Shown piece by piece: positions 13,281 to 26,226 of a DNA stretch of 64,000 nucleotides (the first letter of the stretch is position 1; every line of letters starts with the position of its first letter). Made by a program: the position numbers and the translations under genes. Where the stretch lies: positions 31,049,275-31,113,274 of the forward strand of contig NC_068982.1 of the NCBI RefSeq assembly GCF_001194135.2. The letters run 5' to 3'. This DNA comes from Octopus bimaculoides. Its lineage: Eukaryota. The notes under the pieces were generated by a model. The model had not been told where the DNA came from and did not search any database. It saw nothing but the letters and a program-made list of their open reading frames with translations.

Positions 13281-13627
13281 TCTGAGTCACATTTTTAATG
13301 ATATTTTTGTATCTTGAAAGACAGATCTTCTAAGTGAATCCTAGATTAAATATCTGCGCTTGTTTAACCATCAGTCATATGTCATTAATTTGATATTTTC
13401 CCGAGTGGAATTGCTTCCAATTTTCCGATTTAAAACGGATCTGTGAAAAATTCTCTTGTGAATAGGAAAGCAGTCTTTGGCCAGTCACCAAAGAAATAGT
13501 AATATGCTTCATATTATCTAAGCAAACAATTAAGGGTTAGGCGTACACACACACACACACATATACGTATGTACACACACGTACATATATAGACACACAC
13601 ACACATATATAATGAGAGGGAGAGAGT

Positions 13628-13659
<32 letters not shown>

Positions 13660-13664
13660 GAGAT

Positions 13665-13748
<84 letters not shown>

Positions 13749-14339
13749 TGTGTCACTCGTACATACACATACTTATATGTACTCATATCAAAGTATATCT
13801 GGTTAACTATTTTAGTTTATCTGAATAGCACTCTGTTAGATAGTCAATCAAACTATAACACAGATAAAATATTCATTCTGGTTCTTATCTCCTAACCATC
13901 CTGAACTGACTATATTTAATTTTAATGAGTCGATACAAAGCGGAGGAACAAAAGAAAAAAAATCAGGAAACAATACAACTATGCAATTAACCTTTCATGC
14001 AGTTAATTATTGCCTAGATGCAATGAAATCCTTAAGCAGCATTAAAATGTAATGTAGTTTTCTAAAATTAAATTAGAAATAGATATCGGTTGAGAAATGC
14101 AAATTTTAATTTTGAAATGTTTATCGAAAGAGAAAAAGCAGAGGACACTATATTTTTATATTTTATAACTATTTATTGAATGCAAAGTTTGTAACATGGG
14201 TGTGGAGTCACAAATATAGGCATGAAGAAACGCACGGAGAACATACACACGCACACACACGTGCCAACATGACATCTCAAATTCGGATGCATTGACATAA
14301 TAAACACACACACATGCACCCCCACACACTCATACATAT

Positions 14340-14407
<68 letters not shown>

Positions 14408-15389
14408 GAGAAAGAGATAGAAATGATGGAAAAATAGAACACAGGGAAGCAAAAACAAGCATAAATAGCAAAAATATTAACACATAGGATTACCAACCTG
14501 AATTTTATGAGATATTCTTTATTATCGCAATATTATTTCCATTTAGCAATCGATATTCATATTATCTTTGATCAAGAAATATTGGCACAGATCACTGATA
14601 GGATATTTATTGATTGAATCTGTGGCAATTTCCATAATATTCTGAAATTTATTATAGCTATTTTGCTAATCACTTCAATGGCAGTAACGTTCAGTTGCTA
14701 TTGAGCAGGAATAAATGGTTATCGACTATTTCATCTGGTGCCGGCTGTCTTCTCAGCTGCTATTGTATGTTTCACACATAAAAATGTTAGTATATCATCA
14801 GTAGATGTATACCTATTACATAATACGCATGCAATAACATCCCTTACAAATACTACCCTCCACTATTTCACGCAAAAATGTATTATCTGATTTAGAAGTT
14901 GTAAGTTATATATACATATCTATGTATATGTATATATGCATGCATGTATGTATGTATACATGGCTTTCAAAATACAAAAAGCGACAGACATTAACTTAAA
15001 GGATAATACAAAAGGAAGAGTAACATATTTATGTATTTTTAAAAGGTTCATTGTGAACTGTGACTTCAGAGTTTTGGCAAGGAAGGTTTACTACAATCTA
15101 CTGAGAAGGCGACTCGACATGACTTCCGTGTCACACACAGACATACGTACAGACATACACACTCACACACATACATATAACGTATGTGTATTCACTGCTA
15201 CTAATAATAGTTTCCTTTATAAAGATTACCTGAAAACTTATTTGTTTGAGATACATAACGATGAAAGCACTTGCACGTACGAAAGGAAACCTTCCTGCCA
15301 AAATGTCTGTCATTGTGTTCTCCCCAATTTAGTTAAGAAGTTTTATTTTAAGAAACGCAATTAGTTATCTTTTTTTTTTTTTGTTTTAA

Positions 15390-15580
15390 TTATTTCAGTC
15401 ATTAGACTGCGGCCAAGCTGGGGCAGTGGTTTGAAACATTTTTAGTCGAATGGGTCGGCCACAGTAATTATTTTTTGTTAAGTCTGCTATTTATTCTATC
15501 GGCTTCTTTTTTTCGCCGAATAACAAGGCTATGGGGACGTAAACAACGGTTTCCAAGCGATGGTGGGGAAAAACAAAGGC
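15390..15580 (-). mobile_element. SINE family A 3' part, diverged
   Basis: TTTCAGTCATTAGACTGCGGCCAAGCTGG...GGGGACGTAAAC...TCCAAGCGATGGTGGGG matches the other family A tails. Confidence 0.75.
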
Positions 15581-17191
15581 ACACACATACACAGGCACAC
15601 ATAAACAGAGGTACACACACACGCAAATACACACACATACACAAACATATATATATATATATACCCACATGTATATACATGCATATATATGCATACATAT
15701 ATATACATACATACATATATATATACATACATATATATATATATATATATACATGTATGTATATGTATGTAAGTATGTATATATGTATATATATATATAT
15801 ATATGTATGTATATATGTATATATATATTACAATTATTATATACAAAATTATAACAAAGGATTGGCTATAAGTCCCTCGATATATATATTTGCATTCATA
15901 CATACATGCATACTAATATGTATGCGAGTGTAGGTGGTGTTGCATTGTGTGTGTGTGCTTTAGCAACCAAGTTAGAAAAGCGTGCACTTAATATGAAATG
16001 CTCTATCATGTTTACTGGAAGTCGATAACTTATCTAATCCCTGATCCTACTTTCTTGTTTTCAATGTATAACATTATTCGTCTATGATTATAAATACTAA
16101 TTAAACTGAATCATTATTTACCATATTATGGAGAAATGCATTGCGAAAATCTGGAAAAATATTGTAGTATGATTCTATTATTTATTTATTTTTTTTATCT
16201 AATGATGAAGAATCGTATTATACTTTGATGAAATAGGTTCTATCCGGATAAAGGAGATAAGGAGGACAAATGAAGTATTAGCCTGGGTGTGCATATGTAT
16301 TTCGTTGTAGAAGAATGTAATCTGCAAAAACATATAACTGAATGAAAATTAAAATTTTAAACATATGGAACTTATTGTTTATATATGAGTAAAAATAAAT
16401 ACAAAAAAAAGGGTTTTGTATGATCGTGTATAGAGGAATATATTATTTTATTTAAAAGAGTTCCAACACACACACACACACATATATACATACTATACTA
16501 TATGCATATACTTGCCTTAGCTAATGGAGTGTGCGTGTGTGTATGCGTGTGTGGTATGGTGATGGTGGATCGTGGTAGTGGTGGTGGGGCGTATGCATGT
16601 ATATTCTTGTCTTAGTATTATGGCCAATCAAACATAATCTAAAATTTCGTCCTGGCGTTGTGGTACAAGTGTACTTTAGTGTATTATATTACAAACTTCG
16701 TCAAGCAAATATATACACACAGTCATAGAGACATATGAATAGGCACCTAGATATACACGTGCACATCCTCACATATTAACACGAACACACGTGCACACGC
16801 ACTCATGTGCCCAGGCTCTCACACCCATACGCATACATATATACATGTGTGTTTGTGTTTTCTGAAATACTCATATAGCTAATTATCAGACATTACAGAT
16901 TATCATTGAAATTGTGATTTGTGAGTTTATTATGTTGAGCAAATAATCATTAATATATCACATTAAATATTGCATTTGTCTCAGCTCAAGAGAATTGGTC
17001 TATCGAAAATATTTTATGATTTTCAGACATATCTATTTCCACGTCTCCCTTTGTCAATGCCTCTGTTACAACTAATTCCAGTAATTATTTTTGTGGGATG
17101 TATTATTCATCCCATTCTAGCTCGTGTTCAAAAATCTTTAGCATATCACAAGGTTGTACCCCTTTTGCTGTTAATATATCGAAGGCTTTAA

Positions 17192-17405
17192 GGCAGCGAG
17201 CTGGCAGAAACGTTAGCAAACCGGGCAAAATGTTTAGCGGTATTTCGTCTGTCTTTACTTTCTGAGTTCAAATTCCGCCGAGGTCAACTTTGCCTTTCAT
17301 CCTTTCCGGGTCGATAAATTAAGTAGCAGTTGCGTACTGGGGTCGATCTAATCGACTGACCCCCTCCCCAAAAGTTTCGGGTCTTGTCCCTAGAGTAGAA
17401 AAGAA
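17192..17405 (+). mobile_element. SINE family B, near full-length
   Basis: tRNA-like head GGCAGCGAGCTGGCAGAA...GAGTTCAAATTCC (A/B boxes), central GAGGTCAACTTTGCCTTTCATCC block (resembles the Meta-SINE domain, from memory), and an AG-rich tail. About 10 copies occur in the window. Confidence 0.9.
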
Positions 17406-18129
17406 TATACCAAAGGCTTTTCATTATTGCATTGTTTTTACTAAATAAAAAATTATCATGTTGAAATCGGCGTTTTATGATATGATTCCAAAACATCTTT
17501 ACTTTCAACTTTTTAAATCTCATTGTCAATCCAGCTAATAGTGGCAATTCTATGAGTACATGGGGTGTTGATCTTTTAGTGGTTACTATATCGGCTACAA
17601 GTAGTAACCAAATCTGCCTGATATCTTAGATAAGGAAAGGATGCATGTCATATTGTGCAACGTGTTAAAATCTGTTTAAAAGAATGATTGGATGGTCATG
17701 CTTGGAATGGTTGGCTTGTTTATCTACTCACTCAAGGCTGACATGCTGGTAACTTCTTGATGTAAGTTATCTTCGCAGGATTTGAAAGCATGGCTGTATA
17801 AGTATTTGATTGAAAGTTTTAAAATGTCTAATTCTCTTGTTCCGCTGTTAATTTGAATATAATCACGGTGAAATAATAGTTTTTGAAAAAGGTAAGAAGC
17901 CCACAGCTTATCTTTAGGTCTTCATTGTTCATATTTCGATATGAAGCCACTATCTAGAAATCAGTAACCATGCGCGCTCGTTACTCTTATCTCCGTCTTT
18001 AAAAATAGATTTTCAATAATCTCAGTAATTGCTTCTACAGAAAATAATTACATAATAAATGGATTATGAGTAGAAATGTGAATATTCTGAGCTAATTTGC
18101 ATGAAGTAACTTACCAATGAACGCCAACC

Positions 18130-18450
18130 CTGACCCTCGCAGCTGCTGTTTTGTCTATATTTTCAACCGATATTACTGTGACTTATATTGTATGGCGTTT
18201 ACTTATGTTTCATTTTGACTCAATCCTTTCTCATCCACGCGTCCCTCAGATTATGCCCACCTTCTACTCTGCACTAACCATTATTATCCAAACATCATTT
18301 CCGAGAACGTCAATCATCTGGAATTCTCTCTCCTCTTTTTTTTTGTCGTACGCTCTTTTTGGCGTAAAACTCTTTAAGAGGAACATTAACTTCATCGATC
18401 TTGTGGATCACATGCCGTGACCTTTGCAGATTGCCTGCAAAGGCCCAGGG
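18130..18450 (+). mobile_element. CR1/L2-type LINE ORF2 C-terminal remnant and 3' UTR stem-loop
   Basis: FPRTSIIWNSLSS...LFKRNIN matches the FFxRTxxxWNSLP...FKxxIN C-terminus of CR1/L2/Jockey-group LINEs. The hairpin CCTTTGCAG-ATTGC-CTGCAAAGG (18421-18443) follows the stop. Confidence 0.65.
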
Positions 18451-19148
18451 CAGGCTCTCTTTCTTCAGAACTCAGCCTCCCAAAATGTTATCCTCGCATA
18501 GTTTCACCTCTTTATGTTCTACGATAATTTGTTTGTTTTTGATATTCAACCATCCTCAAGTCAACGCACCATTTCACTCACAAAGAGAACATTAATACGA
18601 CGCTATATAGTAGAGCTTATTGATTAACGTCACTCTGCTTCATTTGTGCGGACCAATATCAGAAATATATGATGCCAATCAATCCTGCATATAAATATTT
18701 CATGCTTAAGTCTGTTTTTATCAGATCACAGTCGGAAGAACTTATGAACGTTGAACAATTCTTCAAGAAATACTATTTGATATTAATGCAACTTCCTGTA
18801 AGATTTAGTCAGCTCAGAGAAAGGCACAATAGATGCTTCTTGCCGTATTTATGATCTAGACAAGCTGAAAAAAAAATTATACTAGCTAAATGACACACAT
18901 ATATAATTATAGTAACATATGCTCAAATATTAGCATATTGATTTTGATTTATAACTGTAAAAGAACTATAAAAATGTAATGAGCCAAAGAGTATACTCAC
19001 GTTCAAGACAAATATGCACTAATGGCTGTGTATGGTGAAGGCAAAAATCACTGAAATCTATTTTCCAGGTAGTCTGCATAAAAACCGTTTAATATTTACT
19101 TGATCCTCCTGCATACAGATCGTAAGTAGATGTTATAGATGCTGATGT

Positions 19149-19464
19149 GGAGGCGCAATGACCTAGCGGTTAGGGCAGAGGAGTCGCGGTCATAGGATCG
19201 CGGTTTCGATTCCCAGACCGGGCGTTGTGAGTGTTTATTGAGCGGAAACACCTAAAGCTCCAGGAGGCTCCGGCAGGGAATGGTGGCGAACCCTACCGTA
19301 CTCTTTCACCACAACTTTCTCTCACTCTTACTTCCTGTTTCTGTTGTGCCTGTAATTCAAAGGGTCAGCCTTGTCACACTGTGTCACGCTGAATATCCCC
19401 GAGAACTACGTTAAGGGTACAAGTGTCTGTGGAGTGCTCAACCACTTGCACATTAATTTCACGA
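19149..19464 (+). mobile_element. SINE family C (tRNA-derived), running into a gap
   Basis: GGAGGCGCAATGACCTAGCGGTTAG (A box) and GGTTTCGATTCCC (B box), followed by a complex GC-richer body. Confidence 0.8.
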
Positions 19465-20210
19465 NNNNNNNNNNNNNNNNNNNNNNNNNNNNNNNNNNNN
19501 NNNNNNNNNNNNNNNNNNNNNNNNNNNNNNNNNNNNNNNNNNNNNNNNNNNNNNNNNNNNNNNNNNNNNNNNNNNNNNNNNNNNNNNNNNNNNNNNNNNN
19601 NNNNNNNNNNNNNNNNNNNNNNNNNNNNNNNNNNNNNNNNNNNNNNNNNNNNNNNNNNNNNNNNNNNNNNNNNNNNNNNNNNNNNNNNNNNNNNNNNNNN
19701 NNNNNNNNNNNNNNNNNNNNNNNNNNNNNNNNNNNNNNNNNNNNNNNNNNNNNNNNNNNNNNNNNNNNNNNNNNNNNNNNNNNNNNNNNNNNNNNNNNNN
19801 NNNNNNNNNNNNNNNNNNNNNNNNNNNNNNNNNNNNNNNNNNNNNNNNNNNNNNNNNNNNNNNNNNNNNNNNNNNNNNNNNNNNNNNNNNNNNNNNNNNN
19901 NNNNNNNNNNNNNNNNNNNNNNNNNNNNNNNNNNNNNNNNNNNNNNNNNNNNNNNNNNNNNNNNNNNNNNNNNNNNNNNNNNNNNNNNNNNNNNNNNNNN
20001 NNNNNNNNNNNNNNNNNNNNNNNNNNNNNNNNNNNNNNNNNNNNNNNNNNNNNNNNNNNNNNNNNNNNNNNNNNNNNNNNNNNNNNNNNNNNNNNNNNNN
20101 NNNNNNNNNNNNNNNNNNNNNNNNNNNNNNNNNNNNNNNNNNNNNNNNNNNNNNNNNNNNNNNNNNNNNNNNNNGTGTGTGTGTGTGTGTGTGTGTGTGA
20201 TTGTGTGTGT

Positions 20211-20244
<34 letters not shown>

Positions 20245-20717
20245 GTGTGTGTGTGTGTGTATGTGCATGCGTGCACACGCGCGCACGTATTCAAAGCAAA
20301 AATCGCCTCTTGTAACTGATCCTTGCTCAGTATCACGGCTTTGCAGTCCTATCAATATCATTCCATTAAAACATGCAATACTATTATCAAGCAACTAATT
20401 CAATGATTGTGAATTCGTTTAACCTACAATCTAATAATGCAAACTTATACAATGATTTATCAAGGAGCGGTTTCTCTCACCATGCAGTAATTTATCACAT
20501 TGGTTACGTTGATTTCGTGTTCCGGAACTGCACAGGAGATAGGCACTTTTATGTGTTTCGTGGAAAGGGATGGTTATATATACGCGCTTATGAGCTGAAG
20601 CAAGATACTAAATTATTTCATTATCGACGTACTGCTAGATTTTTATATGTACACTTAAACACAAAAATCCGTAAACACGCACAAACATTCACCAACGAAT
20701 ACAGGTGTACATAAATA

Positions 20718-20757
<40 letters not shown>

Positions 20758-21427
20758 NNNNNNNNNNNNNNNNNNNNNNNNNNNNNNNNNNNNNNNNNNN
20801 NNNNNNNNNNNNNNNNNNNNNNNNNNNNNNNNNNNNNNNNNNNNNNNNNNNNNNNNNNNNNNNNNNNNNNNNNNNNNNNNNNNNNNNNNNNNNNNNNNNN
20901 NNNNNNNNNNNNNNNNNNNNNNNNNNNNNNNNNNNNNNNNNNNNNNNNNNNNNNNNNNNNNNNNNNNNNNNNNNNNNNNNNNNNNNNNNNNNNNNNNNNN
21001 NNNNNNNNNNNNNNNNNNNNNNNNNNNNNNNNNNNNNNNNNNNNNNNNNNNNNNNNNNNNNNNNNNNNNNNNNNNNNNNNNNNNNNNNNNNNNNNNNNNN
21101 NNNNNNNNNNNNNNNNNNNNNNNNNNNNNNNNNNNNNNNNNNNNNNNNNNNNNNNNNNNNNNNNNNNNNNNNNNNNNNNNNNNNNNNNNNNNNNNNNNNN
21201 NNNNNNNNNNNNNNNNNNNNNNNNNNNNNNNNNNNNNNNNNNNNNNNNNNNNNNNNNNNNNNNNNNNNNNNNNNNNNNNNNNNNNNNNNNNNNNNNNNNN
21301 NNNNNNNNNNNNNNNNNNNNNNNNNNNNNNNNNNNNNNNNNGTGTGTGTGTGTGTGCATGTGTGTGAGTGCGTGTATATATAATATGCGTATATATATGT
21401 GTGTATATATGCTTGCTCATTTACTCC

Positions 21428-21752
21428 TTTGTTTCAGTCATTTGACTGGCGCGATGCTGGAGCTCAGCCTTTAGTCGAGCAAATCGACCCCGGAACTTAT
21501 TCTTTGCAAGCCTAGTACTTATTCTATCGGTCTCTTTTGTCGAGCCGCTAAGTTACGGAACGTAGACACACCAATATCGGTTGTCAAGCGATGGTGTGGA
21601 GACAAACACAGATACACCAAAACCACTCACAAACCTTTGGTCAGGCCGAGGCTATACATGAAGACACTTGCTCAAGATGATACGCAGTGGGACTGAACCC
21701 AGAACCATGTGGTTGGTAAGCATGTTATTTATCACACGGCTACTCCTGCGCC
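21428..21752 (-). mobile_element. SINE family A, near full-length
   Basis: The head on minus is GGCGCAGGAGTAGCCGTGTG...GGTTCTGGGTTCAGTCCC. It has a CORE-like block and a tail ending GTCAAATGACTGAAAC. Confidence 0.9.
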
Positions 21753-21924
21753 TATAAATATAAATATATAAATTCATATATATGTCTGCACACGCGCGCG
21801 CGTATGTGATATACCGAAAACTATATACATATTATTCTTAAACAATACTATGTCCTTATGTAAATAAATGCACACTCACTGACAGTTTAACATCTGTTTA
21901 TCTTGAGGGGTTTTCAATATTGCA

Positions 21925-21962
21925 TTCTTCTTCTTCTTCTTCTTCTTCTTCTTCTTCTTCTT

Positions 21963-21992
<30 letters not shown>
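21925..21992. repeat. (CTT)n trinucleotide microsatellite
   Basis: Directly visible perfect array. Confidence 0.95.
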
Positions 21993-21995
<3 letters not shown>

Positions 21996-23974
21996 CAGGA
22001 TGTATGTATTGGTATGTATTGCAAGAAGCAGCGAGGTTTCTTTCTCTAACATCATTTTACATAATTACTCAACTTAATGTGTGATAAACAACATAGGTAT
22101 TTTGAAAGAAGTATCTATAATATTAGTTTTTAAACATCGAATGCTTGCGGGAGTGCACCAGAATAAAATAATAATCAAAGAACTTCATGAGTTTTAAAAA
22201 TGGTTGAGAACCTCAGGTCGATCCTTATACTTAAATGGTGCTTATTTTATTCACATTTGAAGTAAAGCTAGGTTGGCATCATCAGGATTTGAACTCAAAA
22301 CATAAATTGATTACAACATTTTCATTCCCTCTATATCAATTAATTTAAATTGTCAAAGGCATACAACATATATAGAAAAAAATATTTCTTATTCAATTTA
22401 TAAGTACTTTAAATTTGTCATTGGGGTAGTTGATTCTCTTACTAGAAATTACGTATACTGATTTGAATAATTTATGATATTGTTATTGCAGACACTAGCT
22501 GCTGTTATCACATGTACAAACATTGAATATGTAAACAAGTTTCAGCCTGTATATATGTTAGTAGAAGCCCGTTGCTGATGGGAAATAAAATGCTGCAATC
22601 ACGTGAGACAACAGTTCCGCTATTGCTGCTGGATATTTTCGTCAGCTACCGGTGCCCCTGTGCTTTTATGGGCTGGAGGCCTTTGCGAGAGACTTTCTCA
22701 GAGCGAATACTACTGTATTATGGCGACTCCACAACATATGCACGTGAAGTAGTATATAAATTCGCCATTCGGTAATAATACTGCCTCAATTAATGAATCA
22801 AAATTACACAGAGTACAAAATGACAGAGAAAATCAAAGGGGAGGAAGGAAGGTTTCAAAAGTCCAACAGCTGTTTGCGGGGTATGGGATATTCATCATTA
22901 TCTTAGTATTAATAAATGTAGTTCACCAAACTATGCATCTCGTGAAGGCAAATAAAGCACTGGATAAATCGATCATCAGGGAAGATGTCGTTTGAATATC
23001 TAATTTATGTAAAGATAATTATTTTCGTGTTGACTATAAACCTCACTTGTATATAAAAATAAGCGAATGTAGCATCAATGGACCATCTACGTGGACTGCC
23101 GGTGTCACTAATATATATACAATTCATATATGTGTCGGCACAAGCGCGAGCGTATGTGATATACCGAAAACTATATACACATGATTCTTAAACAATACTA
23201 TTTAAAAACTTAATGTCCTTATGTAAATAAATGCACACTCACTGACAGTTTAACATCTGTTTATTTTGACCAAATCGCCTGCAAATCATTTCAAACTGCG
23301 TAAATTAAAGTGAAGAATATATTACGTATACAGTCCTTAGATATCCCCAACAAAATTGAATGATTACATGTCTGCCTAATCAATACTACGTTCTAAAAAA
23401 ACAATACAATGTGGTAAAAATAACTTGTGAAAGCGTATTTACAAGGTAACTCAATGCCACAAAAGTACAGCTAAATTGTTATCCAATCGTTGTAATTTCT
23501 AAAACATTAAATTTTCGACAAATTATATTATGTAGGCCAGGAAACACTATATCTTAAAAATGAGATGATCAAGACGGAAATCTTTGAAAAATAAGTCTGC
23601 TCTTGAGGGGCTCGCCCAAGTCTAAATGTGAAATGCGATATAATTCCAAGATAAGCTATCTTCTGGTTGATCTTCCTTTTATGTGATCACTCAATGCAGC
23701 CATAATTCTCTGTGTTGTCTTAAAGTAATACTTAACCAATGATATAGTCCTAGCTTCATTACAGCTCAATAAAAGACGTTATGAGAACGGCTGGAACGTC
23801 TTTAATCACAGGTCTGCTTTATCGGGTCAAATACAATATAATTACAAGTTTCATGTATATGTATAGATACAAATCCGCACAGATAAAACACATACACACA
23901 TATGTATGTATACACATACATATGTACTTTTATATCGACTATATTCTCAGATACGCTACGACGTTGGAGAAATA

Positions 23975-24880
23975 GTGTCTGGTGAATTATAAGAAAGTAT
24001 CTGGAACTTATCCCGGTGGTGGATAATAGTGCCCTTCGTCTTGTTACGATCACAAATGTCCTTACCAAAGCCACAAACAGCCTTTCTTCTTCTAGGGCCG
24101 TTACCTTGCGGTTAAGTACAGAAAGTGATTTCGTTTTTCCTGATAGGATTACGTATTACAATGGTATATTTTCAATAGACAATCTCAATCTGATGCCCTT
24201 TATACTTGCTGCAAAAATCTGATAACTATTTTGTTGAAGAAACTTGAAAGAGAATGATTAGGTTCCAAAAAGACATAAACACCAACCTGAACTGACATAT
24301 ATCATTTTAATGGATGGCCTGAAAGTATTTGATAAAAATATGAATGATATGAATACGAACCTTGACCTGCTTACGACACATTGTCAAAGAATATGGGAAT
24401 AAAGTTTGGCTATGACAAATGTCCATAATTGTAAAAGAAAAATGGCATACAAGCTAGTCTAGTAGCATCACTTTTAAGAGTTAGACCATTTCTTTAGTAT
24501 CCAACGTTGAATGCTTCTGGTGAATGATGACGAATGGAAATCTATTCTATGATTTCAATTATAACCAGGAATGCGTAACCGAGAATTATTATTATAATCG
24601 GATGATAAAATAGGCTACTTAGTGGTATTTTGCATACAGTAAATAAATGATGCACATTGTATTTCCTGTACCAGTACCCATGCTAATACATAAGCCACTC
24701 AGCTGGACACTTAGAGGAGATTTCGGGTGCTGGCTTTAAAATTGGGATTTATCAAAAATCAGAAATTTCCAGAACAGCGGTGATAAACTTAGGAAAGGTG
24801 GCAGCAAATTTGGTCAAATCTACATGAATAAAGCACAAAGCGTCAGGCAAATTAGATCGAATTTCAATGTAATGCATCCC
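23975..24880 (+). mobile_element. Highly decayed R4/Dong-clade reverse transcriptase remnant
   Basis: Frameshifted peptides occur in RT order. TLRLSTE...NGIFSIDNLNLMPFILA resembles GIFQGDSLSPLLF; ILMDGLKVF (24310) resembles FMDDLK; SKNMGIKFGYDKC (~24387) resembles DIGMxFGxDKC; WT-LEEI is also present. Confidence 0.7.
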
Positions 24881-25771
24881 CTTCCTGTCTCATGACCATT
24901 GAATATACACCCAAGTTCGTTCCACAATTACACTGAAAAAAAGAAGAAACATCTCATGAAAGACGTTCTAAAGTAAAAACAAAAATCCAAGTATCAGCAA
25001 TTGTATCTATATTATGGTTACCTTGAAACAACAACAGGTATAAGAACGCTATGCAACCCAAGAAGACGAAATAAGAAGAAGATATTTGATTCACAAAACG
25101 CGAAACGGTGCATCTATAACACCTAACAGTTATAACAACAGTTGTCACAAATAAGTGTTATAAATTGATTTTTGTCGAGGAATACGACAGAAAAGGAAGC
25201 CCACATCATAAGAAATTAGAAAACGTCTCCTCGAATTTCCTGTTACTTCCAAAAATATAAGCTTGATGTTCTCATTTCCAATAAATGGATTTTGGAGGAT
25301 ACTTGATTCTTGAAATTGTCCCCTCTTTCTCATGAAGCTGATATCAATTGTCATTTGGTGATTGAAGCACAACCTCTAGAGGCGGAGATATTGTTAATAA
25401 GCTAACAAATTATGTTGAAAGCTATTTGATATACTTGCATTTATACACACACACACACACGTCACACACGTGTGTGGTGGAAGTCAACATGTCAGCACTT
25501 AAGGCCACTTTTTAAACTCAGTAAGTCCCTGCAAACGTACAGAGAGCTCTCTCCGTCAATTTCGTTTTGAGTGAATAGAGTGTTGTAAGAAACTGAATAT
25601 ATTTTCAATGCAATCAGCTATAAGACTAGCGGCCCAACTGTACTTTAGGTATTTTCTTAATACGAGCTTACCATCTGACGAGGACTCGTGGGGAAGCTGT
25701 TCACATATGGACATACATTAACACATTCACACACACACGTATATATATGTATATATGTATACATGTATATA

Positions 25772-25830
<59 letters not shown>

Positions 25831-26195
25831 ATATATAGTGAGAAAGTAGAAATAGATGAAGTATATTTTTAAATGGTTGCAGTACTGACATGTTTTGTTC
25901 CAGAAGTACACATAACTTTTCAATTTGGACGATTGATGGCCAACGAGCTATTTACCATCACTGGCAATACTAGTAGAATATATTTGAACGCATTTAATCT
26001 TTCCTTCATATTACCACAACATTTCTGAGAATCATTTCCAAAACGGCATTCTAATTCTCTAAATGTAGATTTTATGAAAATGAAAAAAAGCGTTTAACTC
26101 TGCATGTATTGGATATTTAACGGATCTTATTTGCCATAAGGCCTTCCAAACCATCGGACAGTTTTTCTTGACTACAGACTGTTTATGTGTAATTG

Positions 26196-26226
<31 letters not shown>

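Noticed and set aside
25670-25705. CTGACGAG...GAAG hammerhead-like string
   Set aside because: Stem II cannot pair and GAAA is absent.
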